DNA of 64,000 nt from assembly GCF_009834535.1 (NCBI RefSeq), contig NC_045702.1, positions 22,816,001-22,880,000 on the forward strand, read 5' to 3'. Origin of the DNA: Camelus ferus (lineage: Eukaryota). Below, one piece after another: positions 1 through 12,000 of the stretch; position 1 is the stretch's first letter, and each line of letters starts with the position of its first letter. A program made the translations under genes and the position numbers. The notes under the pieces are model-generated. The model had not been told where the DNA came from and ran no database searches. It saw nothing but the letters and a program-made list of their open reading frames with translations.

Positions 1-949
1 ATAAATCAATAAAAATGTTTTAAAAAATTCAGCTTTGTTGAATAGTGGTCAGAGAATATGAATTAAGAGTTCTACTGTATGATAATTATTCATACTTTAT
101 TCGGGCACAAATAATTTTTTATAAATATTTCACATATATTTGAAATAAAATATATTATTTAATACTTATTATTTTAATCTGTTTAATAGGTCAGCCTCTG
201 AAAGGGATATATGAAACTATACTTTCATTTTTTAATTTATGAGTTTTTTACATATATATATATTTCACTGTTTCTTTTACTTATACACCAAATCATTATG
301 TATGCAACATAGACTAGAAACACCTCAAATCACCATGGTAACATAGACAATTCACATTTATCACAGTGGCCTAATATACATTGACAGTTTGTTTAATTAC
401 AGAAAATTAGGTCCATTATAAATAAATAAATATGATTTGGTATCCTTTTTTAATTCAATATATAAATTATTGTCAGAAATGAGTAGACCTCTCCTAGCTT
501 GATATTTTATCCATTTCTCAGACACTTTGAAATCTGTTCCTACATAATTATCTGTATTTGATTGGCTTATAGTAATTCTGCAAATATTAACCACAATATT
601 CATTCTGAAATACATTGAAAGACTGTATGTTAAAAGTGGCTTAAATACATAGTGTAATTCTAATCCCAGACAGTTATACTGTATAAACTGGGAATTCTGA
701 CAGAAGCTTGACTAATATTAAATCTAAAAATATATAGAAAAACCACTTTAGAGAAATGGGTGAAGATGATTCTGTGTATGACCTATTTTGTTTGGGTTCA
801 TAGCCCAACACGGAAGATCTGTATTCTCCAAGGGGATAATAGCAAAGCTAAGTATAGCATTCAGCTAATTCACAGAATTACACAACTGTTAAAGCACTGT
901 CTTTCCATGTACCCTTCCTTTTAAAATACTTTTTAATGTAGATCTCTGT

Positions 950-1070
950 CTTTTCTTTCATTCTTTTATTCATTATTTCTACCTTTCCTTCATTCTGCTC
1001 TCTTATTCCTTCTCTTCCTCCCTCTCTCCCTTCTCTCTTTGTCTCTCTTTTTCTCTTTTCTCTTGGTTTC
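950..1070. repeat. CT-rich low-complexity tract
   Basis: Pyrimidine-only runs such as cttctcttcctccctctctcccttctctctttgtctctcttt. Confidence 0.8.
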
Positions 1071-1239
1071 TTGGCCCATGACACATGTTCATCATTGTCC
1101 TATGCAAGGTTCACTGTCATTTATTTAGTTAGTTATTCAGTTATTTGGTTATTTCAAATAATGTAATAAACATCTATGAAAATACTCCCCTGCCCCCCAA
1201 AGCTACGCTGTGACAAAAATCTGTATCCAAACATACATT

Positions 1240-1550
1240 CTTATCACCAACCCACCCCTCATCCCTCCTAAATAGCCAGTGTTCGTACCTCTTAAAATAG
1301 ATATCTTATATATGTATTCCCCCCAAAAAAAGCATAAAAATATTAAAACTTTTAATCACTTCTACCTTTGTAAAATGTATTTTTGGTACATTCTTTTTTC
1401 ACTTAGTGTTACATTGTTAAGATTCATTCATATTTATGGCTGTCTCTGCAGTTCATTCATTTTGACTGCAGTGTAATATTCCACTGTATGAATATTCCAT
1501 ATACCACAATTGATTTTTTTCACTCTCTTAATGGTATCTGGGGTGATTCT
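1240..1550 (-). mobile_element. Old L1 (L1M-class) 3' UTR fragment
   Basis: Typical antisense L1M 3' motifs: ttttttcacttag...gattcattcat...gttcattcattttgactgcagtgtaatattccactgtatgaat. Confidence 0.7.
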
Positions 1551-1554
1551 AGGT

Positions 1555-3250
1555 GAATTCTATAAAAACTTTCAAGGACAATATTATTGCAGCTTTATAT
1601 AAATTCTTGCAGAGAGGAAAAAAAGGGAATATTTTCCAATTTATTCTAAGTGGCCTGTATAACCCTGAAACCAAAACAAAAAAAGGACACTATAAGAAAG
1701 AGAAATTATGAATCTATCTTATTTATGAGTATAAATATAAAGATTCTAAATAAAATATTAGCTGATTGAATCCAACAATGCAAAAAAATATTGAAATCAA
1801 GTTGAATCCATCCCAAGCTTCCATGACAGAACTGAAAATGTGTAAATATAATTCATTACAATAACAGATTAAGAGGAAAAAAGATTGTCTCAAAAGATGC
1901 ATAAAATGCATTGGTAACATTAAAAATGTATACATGATAAAAATTCATTTATGATGAAAGGAACTTTCTTAAACTGATAAGGAACATCTATAAAATGCCT
2001 GGATCAAACATAATCCTAAATGAGGAATGTGAGAAATATTCTTTTAAGGTTAGAAGAAGGATACGGATATCTACTCTTGCCACTTCATGCCCAAATTGCA
2101 TTGAAGGTTCTAGACAGTGGAATTTTAAAAAGGAGAAAGAAAAAGTTTGGAGGCATATGAATTGTTAAGGAGAAAATGAAATTATAATTATTTGCAAGGT
2201 GTAACAATTCTTTTACACACAATTTTTTTAAAAAATCATAGAAATAAATCCTTAAGCATAATAAGAGGGTTTTTGCAAGGGTTTTTCAGATAATTGTTTA
2301 TTGGAGGTGGCTGTTCTGTGCATTGTAGGGCATGTAGTAACACCCCTGGCCAATTCCACTAGTCACTGGTAAGTTTCACTCCCCCAGCTGCAACAACCAA
2401 AAAAATACCTCCAGACATGGCCAACTGTCCCCTGGGGGACAGAATCACTTCCAGTTGAGAACTCTTGAGCCAGACAAAACACTAATTCAGGAAAAAACAA
2501 AAATCAGCTGCATTTTATATACTAGCAGTGAAACAGTAGATAGTATAGTTTAGGACACAATTTACAATAGCACCAGAGAATGTTAATCACCTAGCAGAAA
2601 GTCTACAGAAAATGGCTAAGTGCTGTGAAAGGAATATTATAAGGCCACACTAGATCTTCCAAGACAAGATCTGCACCGAAAAACTACTCATGCTCATGGT
2701 TAGGAAGATGTTACAGAGATACCAGATCTTCCCCAAGGGATTTATAGATGTCATATATTTTTCAATCATAATCTAAAAAGGATTGTTCAGGGAACTTAAA
2801 AAGTTGGTTCTAAATTGTATACAGAAGAGTTTAAAGCAAAGAGAATTCAGAACACTTATGGGAAAGAAGAGTAAAGAATGGGGACTTGCCATACCAGTCA
2901 GCCTTATTATGAATCTTTCGTGATTTACATAGTATGATGTTGGGTCAAAGGCAAACAAATGAATTAATGGAATAGGAGTGAAAAGCCATAAAAAGTCCCA
3001 TTTCTCTCCATAACTTAGTATAAAAGGAAAGTATCTGTGTAGTCAGTTGGAAACAGGGAGCAGTGCTGAAAAAACGATTATCAACATAGTAAAAAAAAAA
3101 AAAGTCAAATTGTTATCCTGAGCTTGCACCATAACTCAACTATTGGTAGGTTAAAAATGCAAATGTCAAAAGCAAAATTTTAAAGCTCCTAGTAAGCTTT
3201 CATTATACAAATGGATACATTGGACGATTTTAAATCCAGATGACGAAAGC
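1555..3250 (+). mobile_element. Degenerate L1 ORF2 fragment (RT region onward), interrupted by MER20
   Basis: Decayed matches to L1 ORF2 motifs ENY.PISLM.I..KILNKILA..IQQ (about 1700-1780), ILN...FPL..G..QG.PLSPL (about 2010-2090) and G.....E..KL.LFA (about 2150-2200). Continues after 2468 with aaaatcagctgcattttatatactagc. Many stops and frameshifts. Confidence 0.8.
2277..2467 (-). mobile_element. MER20 (hAT-Charlie MITE)
   Basis: gataattgtttattggaggtggctgttctgtgcattgtagg...caacaaccaaaaaaatacctccagacatggccaactgtcccctggggg...ttgagaac resembles the reverse complement of the MER20 consensus. Confidence 0.8.
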
Positions 3251-4460
3251 ATCTTTTTTTTTTCAGCAACACTTCAGACTAGATAGTCGGAGACCTCCAC
3301 CTAGTACACAGCATATTTGAAAAGGCAAGAATATATGTACACACACACTCACATATAGACACTTCTTCTTCATAGATATCCTCATCACTGTGAGAAACAC
3401 AATGATTAATTAACACTTATAAAATGAAAGTCATGCCTACCAAGAAGTATATATAAAGTATCAAATACTCACCCCCTGAAAAGAAACAATAAAGTGCTTA
3501 ACATACTCTAGATAAAGAGAAGTTTTCTGTCAGGGAATGAAAATATACTGAAATCAGAGTTTTGCAACATACTTTGGTTTGTTCCCAATTTCTTCTTAAA
3601 ATGTATTACTTAATCTTGCCTAATTCTTACCTATTCTTTTCCATGTCTTTCCTTTAACCAGACATTTGATATTTTAATAGTCTCTCCAGTCCCTTTTCTT
3701 ACCCAAGATTTTATTTAAATCTCCTCGTTCATCTGTTTCCCTGTAATGTGTATCACTAAATAATGGATCTTGTCTTATTTTAAACTTTCAGTCAGCTTGT
3801 TTGAGTACCATCAGTGCGATTATAGGTTGTGTTTCTACCTCTCAAATAGTGTTGTTCATGAATGATAATGGCACTTCTCATTCTTAAAGCACCTTGAATG
3901 AAAGGATCAGAAAGACATTTCCACAAGAGAAAGTACTATTGTCAGTTCAGTTTCGTGATGGAAAAATCAAGAAGGAGGGTTGGCTGAGAGGATTGGAAAT
4001 GACATTCTATTATGTTCCTTGTCCTATTTATTTCATACACCAAAATAATCAGTTAAAGAAAACTGTTTTCAACCCCAAATTCCTAAAATAGGTTCATGCT
4101 TTTAAAACTTTTATATTTAGGGGTTTTTTTTTCCCCATGAAAACATCCTATTGAGTGAGTGTTTTAGCTGAGGCAAATGAGCACAAAGACTTAATTGAGA
4201 AATTTGGAATATGATCTCACATTCTGGATTCCACCTTTTATTACACGTACCCACCCTGCAGTAATAAGTATTCACACTAAAGAAAAATCTGGAACCAGTG
4301 GTTGATCGATGCCAATGTGTCTGATAGTTATAAAACTCCATATTATTCTTAAAGCTTTATACTGTGATATTAAGTGAAGCATTCATTTCCACATTTAATA
4401 CAGTTTTAGTTGTTTATTTAATAACTATTCATTGATAAGCTACTTTTCTAGGTATGGATG

Positions 4461-4898
4461 TGTTACGATTACCAGCTGTAAGAAGCAGCCTCACAAACGA
4501 TGATAGCTCAGAAGGGGACAGAGGTTTGTTTTTCACTCAGGCAATGGTGCCAGACGGATGGCTGGATGAACAGGTCACTAGCAGGGACCAACTCCAAGCT
4601 CTCCCGAGCTCCCCAGGCTGATACAAGCGCTGTGCCTTCAACACGTAGCTTCCCTGGGTGCCCAGCATGTCACTTCCATGCCAACCAGCCGGAGGGGGAA
4701 AGATCACAGAAGACCACCTAGGAGTCCTTCCATGAGACAGACCCAGCGGTGGTCCCATCACTTCTGGTCATGTTCCATTGACTGGAGCTAATCATTTGGC
4801 CACACCTAACTACAGGGAAGACAGGGCCTGTAAGCCAGCTATGTGCCCAGGAATAGGAGAATGTGGATTTGGATGCTCAGCCAATGGTCTGCTACACA
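4461..4898 (-). mobile_element. MLT1-family MaLR solo LTR (old, J/K/L-like)
   Basis: TG...CA ends and the hallmark cttctggtcatgttccattgactggagctaatcatttggccacacctaactacagggaag...tgtgcccaggaa. Confidence 0.7.
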
Positions 4899-4899
4899 G

Positions 4900-5790
4900 A
4901 GAGTGGTGAACACAATGCAAAAATGTTCCACAGTCATGGGCTTATAACCTAATAATATATAGCGACCAGTTAGATAAACCACAACTTTAGATACTTATAA
5001 GTGCTATGAAGGAAATAACTAATGAGTGTCAGAGTGAGTGATAGGGAGAGGAAACAGGTTAACTGGGATACGGTGATCCGACAGGGCCTGACTCTGTGAT
5101 ATCTGAGCTGGGATATGAATGATGAGAAGGACCCAGACATACAAAGATCCAAGTGGGAAGAACACTGGAAGAAGAGAGAGCAAGACACCAAAGTCCTGAT
5201 ACGGAACAAACTCCATGTGCTTAAGGAACAGACAGAAGCCCAGGGTAGATGAGGTCTAGAAATGCGTGATTGGAGAAATAACAAGACCCCATGGGCCATG
5301 ATAAACATTTTGTGTTTTATTCTAAGTGAAACAGGAAGCCACTGCCTGATTTTCAGTAGAGGAGCTGTATGATTTGACTTGAGTTTCATAGTAGCACTCT
5401 GGCCGCAGGGCGGAGGGTGGATTGCTGCTGCTCACCGTGAATACAGGGCACTGGCTACGCGTTCAGGGAGAGCTTGGGCCAGCACAGAGAAGAGGAAGTG
5501 GAGAGAACAGAAAAATTCTGAATAACATTTTGGAGACAGGACCCGTTAACGGCTTTGATGTTGAGGCGTTTTTTGTTGGTTTGTTTTTTACCAGTGGAAC
5601 AGTTTGAATTTTATTTTAGGATCTTACCTCCAGTTCTGGCATCCACTAAGCCATGGGTAAGACTTGGATGGATCCACACCTCTTTAGGGGAGAAACTAGT
5701 GAAGGGGGTTCAGTCCAGTTGAGGTTGAAGCGGAGGCCAGATCAGAAAGGCTCAGCAAGGGACGTCTTCCCCCAATAAATGGAGGGTAAG
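4900..5790 (-). mobile_element. L2 LINE 3' region; its extreme 3' end lies at about 4425-4460, on the other side of the MLT1
   Basis: gtggtgaacacaa...gggcttataaccta...gatatctgagctggga...tttattctaagtgaaacaggaagccactg...ttttcagtagaggag are L2 antisense motifs. Confidence 0.7.
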
Positions 5791-5825
5791 AGCAATGACT
5801 GCTGAAATGGTCAGTCTTTTAGACC

Positions 5826-6048
5826 TACACTGTTTAATCTGGCTGGCTACTGAGAACTTGAAATATGGGTAGTCTGAATTGCAATGATCTGTAAGTTTAA
5901 AGTATACACAGGATTTTGAAGAGTAGGTTTATAAAAAGGTGTAAAATATTTCGTTAATATTTTTTATATTGGTTGCATTTTGCGTATACTGGGTTACACA
6001 AAATGTATTACTGAAAATAATTTTATCTTTTTTCTCTTACTTTTTTAA
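5826..6048. mobile_element. MER33-like hAT-Charlie element
   Basis: ggctactgagaacttgaaatatgggtagtctgaattg...ctgtaagtttaaagtatacacaggattttgaaga...gtaaaatatttcgttaatatttttt. Confidence 0.65.
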
Positions 6049-6250
6049 ACTTCTTTAAAGAACAACTTTGTATTTACAGAAAAATTGAGCAGATAGTACA
6101 GACAGTTCTATATTTCACACCTACACACACACAGTTTCTCGAATTATCAACATTTTCTATTAGTAGTACATTTGTTACAATTAACGAATCAATATTGATA
6201 CATTATTATTAGCAAAATTCCATAGTTTACATTCACTCTTTGTGTTTCAG
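6049..6250 (-). mobile_element. L1MA/L1MB-type 3' end fragment
   Basis: aaaattgagcagatagtacaga...tacatttgttacaattaacgaatcaatattgatacattattatta...ccatagtttacattcactctt. Confidence 0.75.
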
Positions 6251-6409
6251 TTATATGTGGGGTTTTAACTTAGGGTTTGACTTGATTGAATGGAGGGACA
6301 GTCCTCAGCTTCTTACTAACAGGGAAAGACTGAAGAACATGTTTAGAAATGAGAAAGAATTACATGTCATGATTGCTGTAAAACAATAAAAGAAATAACA
6401 GTTCATACT

Positions 6410-6630
6410 TAGATAATGCTTACTATTCACTGACTATTTCCTGTATATTGAATCATTGAATCCTCACATATCCCTCTAAGGTGGGAATTACAATTAGCCC
6501 ATTTTAAAAATGAGCCAAGTGAGGTAGAAGGAAATCAAGTAACTCATCTGAGATCATACATCTAATAAGTGACAGAGCTGGGGTTTGAATCCAACAACCT
6601 GGCTCCAAAACCCACATTTCTAACCACTCT
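6410..6630 (-). mobile_element. MIR SINE
   Basis: ttgaatcctcaca...ccccattttaaaaatgag...aagtaactcatctgagatcatac...aagtgacagagctggggtttgaatcca. Confidence 0.75.
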
Positions 6631-7229
6631 GGCATGTTGCCCCTTAGTGCAATGCCAGATGTAGCGTAACTTTCTAATAATAATGATTTTGAAGTATTTA
6701 AGTTAGACAGTTATTTTTTGTGATCAGACAGCTCTCATTCATTTGTTTTCCTGTAGATTTTCCTGAGTTGGCAGAAAAAGATACAGAAACAGCAGGCACA
6801 CTAGGAATTACATATTACCCAGAGAACATTCATGAAAACGTGTTACAGAAGTGGAAGTCTTCTAGCATGGGTACCATTATGATAAAAAAAAAAAGACGAG
6901 GACTGTTGTTGCAGGAGATAAGGAGTCATTCAGTGAGGGATATGGCAACACTGGAGAATTTAGTTAGAGAAAAGGGAATATTCCTTTATTCATGGAGTGT
7001 ATGACATCAGAATTTTTGAAGTGATATATAAATGTCAGGACTTGATGATGATGTTAATGTAAATTCATAACTGATAAGCATTTTTTCCACCTAGTAATGT
7101 CCTACCCATTTGAATTTCCATAATCTTTGGTCTAGATACCCCTTAAAGAATTTTCAGCATCTCGTCTGCACTGATGTGTACTGGAGATACGTATGGGGTG
7201 AATCGTCATCACCACTGTCCCCAGTTACT

Positions 7230-7385
7230 CCACACACTGTTCTTGACAAATATTTGCACTTGACAAATATTTGTTTATTTAATGTCTATAACAACTCTGT
7301 GAGAAAAGTGTCAGTGTTGCTTCCGTTTTACAGATGAGGAATCTGAGGAATTAAAGGCTAACCTGGTCAGTCGCTAGGAGTTAGA
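7230..7385 (-). mobile_element. MIR SINE
   Basis: aacaactctgtgag...ccgttttacagatgaggaatctgagg is the MIR core. Confidence 0.7.
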
Positions 7386-9125
7386 AAAGGCTTTGATCAT
7401 GACACGTGGGTCTCCAGTTGAGTATCAAAGGAGTAGTTAAGATAATGGCTGATTGGAGAGCTCCTATTTTATTCCCAAGTTTCTCATTTCTTTCTTGCTT
7501 TATATATAAAATCAATCAATTTATATATAAAGTCATTTCCCTATGAACTATAATAAGAATGCATATAGCTCTTTTAGGACTTCAAAATATGTTCATTTTC
7601 ATTGTTAAGTCCTTCTGTGACAAGAGAAGAAAAAGGAACATGCACAAGTTGTGAAAATAAATGCAGAAGTGAAGTGAGGGTGGACGTGCCACTCTTGACT
7701 CTCAGAACAGTGCTCTTTCCTCCATGCTGTGCCATCTCTTGTGGCCTTAATTTCTGCAGATACCAGGTATCTCATCAAAGACTCTCTACTGTGTTCAGCT
7801 TTTAGGTAGATTCCAGAGAACAGAGGATATTAGACATGTCTCCATGAAATACTAAGAAAGTGCCTTAATTGCTGCTGTGTGATTCTGATTCTATTTATTT
7901 GCAAGTTATTGCCTTAAGTCGCCCATTTCGTTTGATAAATGTTTTCAGATTTGGCCATGATTGGTTTAAAAACTCTACGAGTAGAATAGGAAACACATTA
8001 TAAGATGGAAATACATAGAGTTGACAACTATAACTCTTCGTAGTATATATTTTTGGAGAATACAATTTGGAAAAGAGATAGCAAGAAGGGGACACTGTCT
8101 AGTAAAGCATAGAAATGAAATCTGGAATACTGTGAGAACTCGGGGAAGGGAACCTGCAGAGACAGGCACAAAGAAAGGGAGTGCTGTCAGGTGAATTTGT
8201 CAAGATAGCAGAGAGTAGAGCAAGACGATGAAGGAGGTGGGGTGAGGCAGCATCTAAAGCCTGTTAGAGAAAAGGAGGTTCTACACAGATAGTGAGGCTA
8301 GATGGAGCACGAAAACATCCAGGGTGAGATCCATTTCTACTCTGAAAACCTGTGATTATGTAAAAGTTAGTAAGAGGGAAAGTAAAAGTGAGCAGAAGCT
8401 ATGAAGGGAAAAAGATGGAAGCTTTCGAGAGAAATGGGAGTTTAGAAAAGGTGATGTTTCTTGCCTCCAGTTCCCTGCCACCATCGCACTTGTAACGGTT
8501 AACTGGGGGGACTTTGTGATCTGAGCAGAGTCAGAAATTCCCAGAGATCACTGCCTCGCCCCCTGAGAAGTTCCCAACAGTAGCCTGCGTCGTTGATAGA
8601 CTCTCAGGCAGAGGCAGCAAAAGGAGAGGCTTAGAAGAGAAATTGAGTAGGGTGGCTGCTTCAGAGTGGTGTTCAAGTCAGAGCAAAGTGAAACTCTCGG
8701 GAACCTGGCTGGGACGCTCTCCTGCCAATTTTGAGTTGCTGTTCATAGTTCATGTTGTACACTCACTGTTCTGCTTCAAGACGTTTACACCCTTCTCTAT
8801 TAACTGTCATTCTCTGTAGCCAGCGTTGGATACCCAGCCTATCAGCTTTTATTTATGTAACCATTCTGTAGGTTGCCTAATTTGGATACTCATCATTTAC
8901 TTTCTAATGTGCGTAACGAAGCACATCTTCTTCCTACAGGTACGTCTGGGCTTCTTTTCTTGTCAGAGATATTATGCTATCAAGAATGACCTTGTATGGA
9001 TGACAATCTTCATATCTCTTACTATGCACAATATATTTTTATCTACCACTGTTTCTTAGTGAAAAATAAGCCCAGTGGCCTATCTTGCTGAAATGTTATT
9101 AACATTGTTTTCCAAACATTTATAG

Positions 9126-9262
9126 GTAGTGCTGGGACACCCGTCACTTTTAATGAAAACGGAGATGCTCCTGGACGTTATGATATCTTCCAGTATCAAA
9201 TAACCAACAAAAGTACAGAATACAGAATCATTGGGCACTGGACCAATCAGCTTCATCTAAAA
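9126..9262 (+). CDS. GRM8: GRM8 internal coding exon (137 bp; C-terminal end of the Venus flytrap ligand-binding domain, about residues 453-498 in human numbering)
   Basis: Acceptor ...catttatAG at 9124-9125. After 2 nt completing a split Gly codon it translates [45 protein letters not shown], which I recognise as mGlu8 (includes the NKS N-glycosylation sequon). It ends in phase 0 and joins VEDMQW at 58840 in frame. Absent from the ORF track because it has no start codon. Confidence 0.97.
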
Positions 9263-9829
9263 GCAAGTATTGCTATAAACTTGTATTTATGTATATAGTT
9301 CTCAAGGAGAGATGCTTTATCTTTAAGTATACAATGTTACTAATGTTCATTAGAATTGACTTTCCTGTAAATAAGTTTTTAGAAAATGTATGATTTGCTC
9401 CTTCCTCAACTTTAAAATGTTATGGCAAGTCCTAAATGTCTGTGGAGAAATTTGATATCTGTAGGGATTTGATGAAAGATCTCATTTCCTTTTCAGTGAC
9501 TAAATACACATTTAGGGAAATTTTACACTTTTCTGAAGGACTCACTTGTTCAAAAGTTTGTACTCTGTGTGCTTGTGTGTGTATGTGTGTTTGTGTGTTG
9601 GGGCTGAGGAATGACAAAGTGTGCCATGAATGATAAAGTTGGGGCTTAAAAATTAGTGGATTCCACCTTTGCTACACCTTATGTTGAGATCTTACGGCTA
9701 CATCTGATGGATGGAAATGAAACATGATCTGTATTCACATTACCTCTTTGAATCACAATACCAGTGAAATTTAATGCACCCAAAAGTGATGTTCAGATTT
9801 TTCAACAGCTCTTAGGACTGCCAGCTGCC

Positions 9830-10345
9830 CCTGTCCCCTATTGGTGTCATTAAGGCCCAAGGCCCACAGATTTTGCATTTCCTACAAGTGGCCATGTGAG
9901 GACAACTTGGAGATCCCAGCTCGAAGCAAGGTCCCAGGGTCTAGGCAGCTGGGCATTTACTTGCCCAGTGCCATGCTGTCACCACCACCACCACCCACCC
10001 GGGGCTCTATCTCCTCCTACTGGGACCAAGTAGGAATGGCTCGTGGGATGGCGGCTGGTGGAGGAACTCCAGCAGGTGTGTCTAGAGATGCTCTCCGAGG
10101 AGAGGGGTCTTTGAGGACACTGGAGAGAGCTGCCTGGTTCTGGCAGCCAACAATCACAAGGGGCTCTCAAGCAGGAAGCCAATCCTGAACTTGAGGGGTA
10201 AGGGAGGCTCAGGAAGTTGCAGGGCACAGGGCTGGCGGTGGCTGCGTGACAAGGATGCAGGGGTGGTTGGAGCTGCATTTGTGTACCACTGGAAGGAATT
10301 ATTTCATATTTTAAAAGCCAGTGGTGTCCTATCCATGCACACTGG
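9830..10345. mobile_element. GC-rich segment, probable hAT-Tip100 element (MER115/Zaphod-like)
   Basis: Abrupt GC-rich block in an AT-rich intron. ggaatggctcgtggg and taccactggaaggaattatttcatattttaaaagccagtgg resemble MER115 as I remember it. Family call is tentative. Confidence 0.4.
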
Positions 10346-11849
10346 CTTCTTCTGATATAGAGAAATAAGGAGCGTGCCCTGTAGTCTCAGCTACAGCTCA
10401 AAGTTCATTCATACAGCATCTCTCGTGCGGGTGTAATATGGGACTATTTACAGGAACTGGGTGGCCGAGGACTCACTCCAACAGGGGTGTTTTCACTCTA
10501 GGCAACCAGGTGTTTTTAGAATGCATCAAATAAACTAGAAACACATTCTTCCACTGTTCTACTGTTCTTGTGTGTTTTTCACTCTTCCCTCTAATAAGAG
10601 TGTCTCCTCTTCTTGATTCTCAAATCTACGATAACAGTGTGAGCATCGAGTTCATTTCCTAAATGTATGATTAAGTTCATTTCCTAGCTATGGCTTATCC
10701 TAGCTGGAAGGTAAAAATTTATGGCATACACGAGGTGGGGGAGAGGTACCATTCTTGTCTATGTGTGTGTTACACATGTGGATGTGATTTCTTGTGATTG
10801 AACCCATTTGAAAGACAGACATCAATTTGACATTTTTAATACATTTTTCACCCCGTAGGTCTAAGTATAGCCCCTGAAGTGCTATGTTTATGCAGCATCA
10901 GTCACCAAAGTTCTCAGCAGAGACGCAGATTATGAGAAATAACAAAACTGGGATATTTATGATTTATTGTCTCTGAAATGACTTCCCGATTATTATCACA
11001 GTTCCTCATTCAACAATGCAAAAAGATAGCTTATATTTGCAACTATTGTTGTCCTTTGTAAGACCACATGTCTATAGCTCACTATGTGAAGCAGCCTGAA
11101 GAAATCTCACTCGTTGTCTTGCAACCCAAATTAGCATTTATCAAAACATAGCTTTGATAAGGCTACAGCTTATTGATGCCAATTTGAAAACCAATGGCTT
11201 TTTGGCAGAAACCCTTTGACAGTGGACCTATGTGAAATAAATTGTCATGAAACAGGACAAAGAACATATGATAAGGGTAAATAGGGAAGCACCTTTTTAT
11301 CTGACTTTTATTAATGCCAAACTGCTTATATTGTTATGATTAAGTATTTACATAACAAAATTCAATGGTTGAAAATACAGGTGCTAATATATAATATGAA
11401 GGTAACTAAAATAATTATACCCACAAGTACACATATGCACACACACATATCTCTCTATATATACGTTTTATATTTATTATAAAACTTTATGTTTAATCTC
11501 AAGCTGCTCTTTTATGTACATTTATGGTGCATGAGAAGTTTTATGTTTATTTCTATGTTTTCGCTCATAAAATATATCAAAACAATTTGTAAGAATTATT
11601 CCTCGTGCATGACTATGATTGTTTGTAACTAGATAGCCATGCTAGCTTCACTGAAACAGAGAGAATCAACTCTCAGAAGAAAAGAGAGTGGGTTATACTG
11701 TGAGGAGAGGTCATAAGTCAAGGGCTGAATTCTGAATTTTATCAGAATGAACAGAATGACTGTATCTCCATGGGAACTGGATCAGTCATCAGTTTGAAGG
11801 TAGAGTAGGGGTTGCTTAGAAAGTGTCCAGCTGAGTAAAGTTCTGCTTA

Positions 11850-12000
11850 GGTCTTAGGCAAGGCACCAAACAAGTGCTTTGCCTCAGTTTCATCATCTGT
11901 AAAATGGAAACATTAGTAGCACCTACTTTAAACCATTGTAATAAGAATTAAATGAAATAATACAATAAAACTCTTAGTCTAGAGCCTGGCCCACATGAAA
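11850..12000 (+). mobile_element. MIR SINE
   Basis: gcctcagtttcatcatctgtaaaatggaaa...aattaaatgaaataata...gagcctggc. Confidence 0.75.

Noticed and set aside
7242-7273. 15-bp direct repeat CTTGACAAATATTTG (period 17); similar short duplications near 10650, 22790 and 34570
   Set aside because: These are ordinary slippage micro-duplications in AT-rich or repeat-derived DNA. There are only two copies and no spacer array, so they are not CRISPR-like or satellite.
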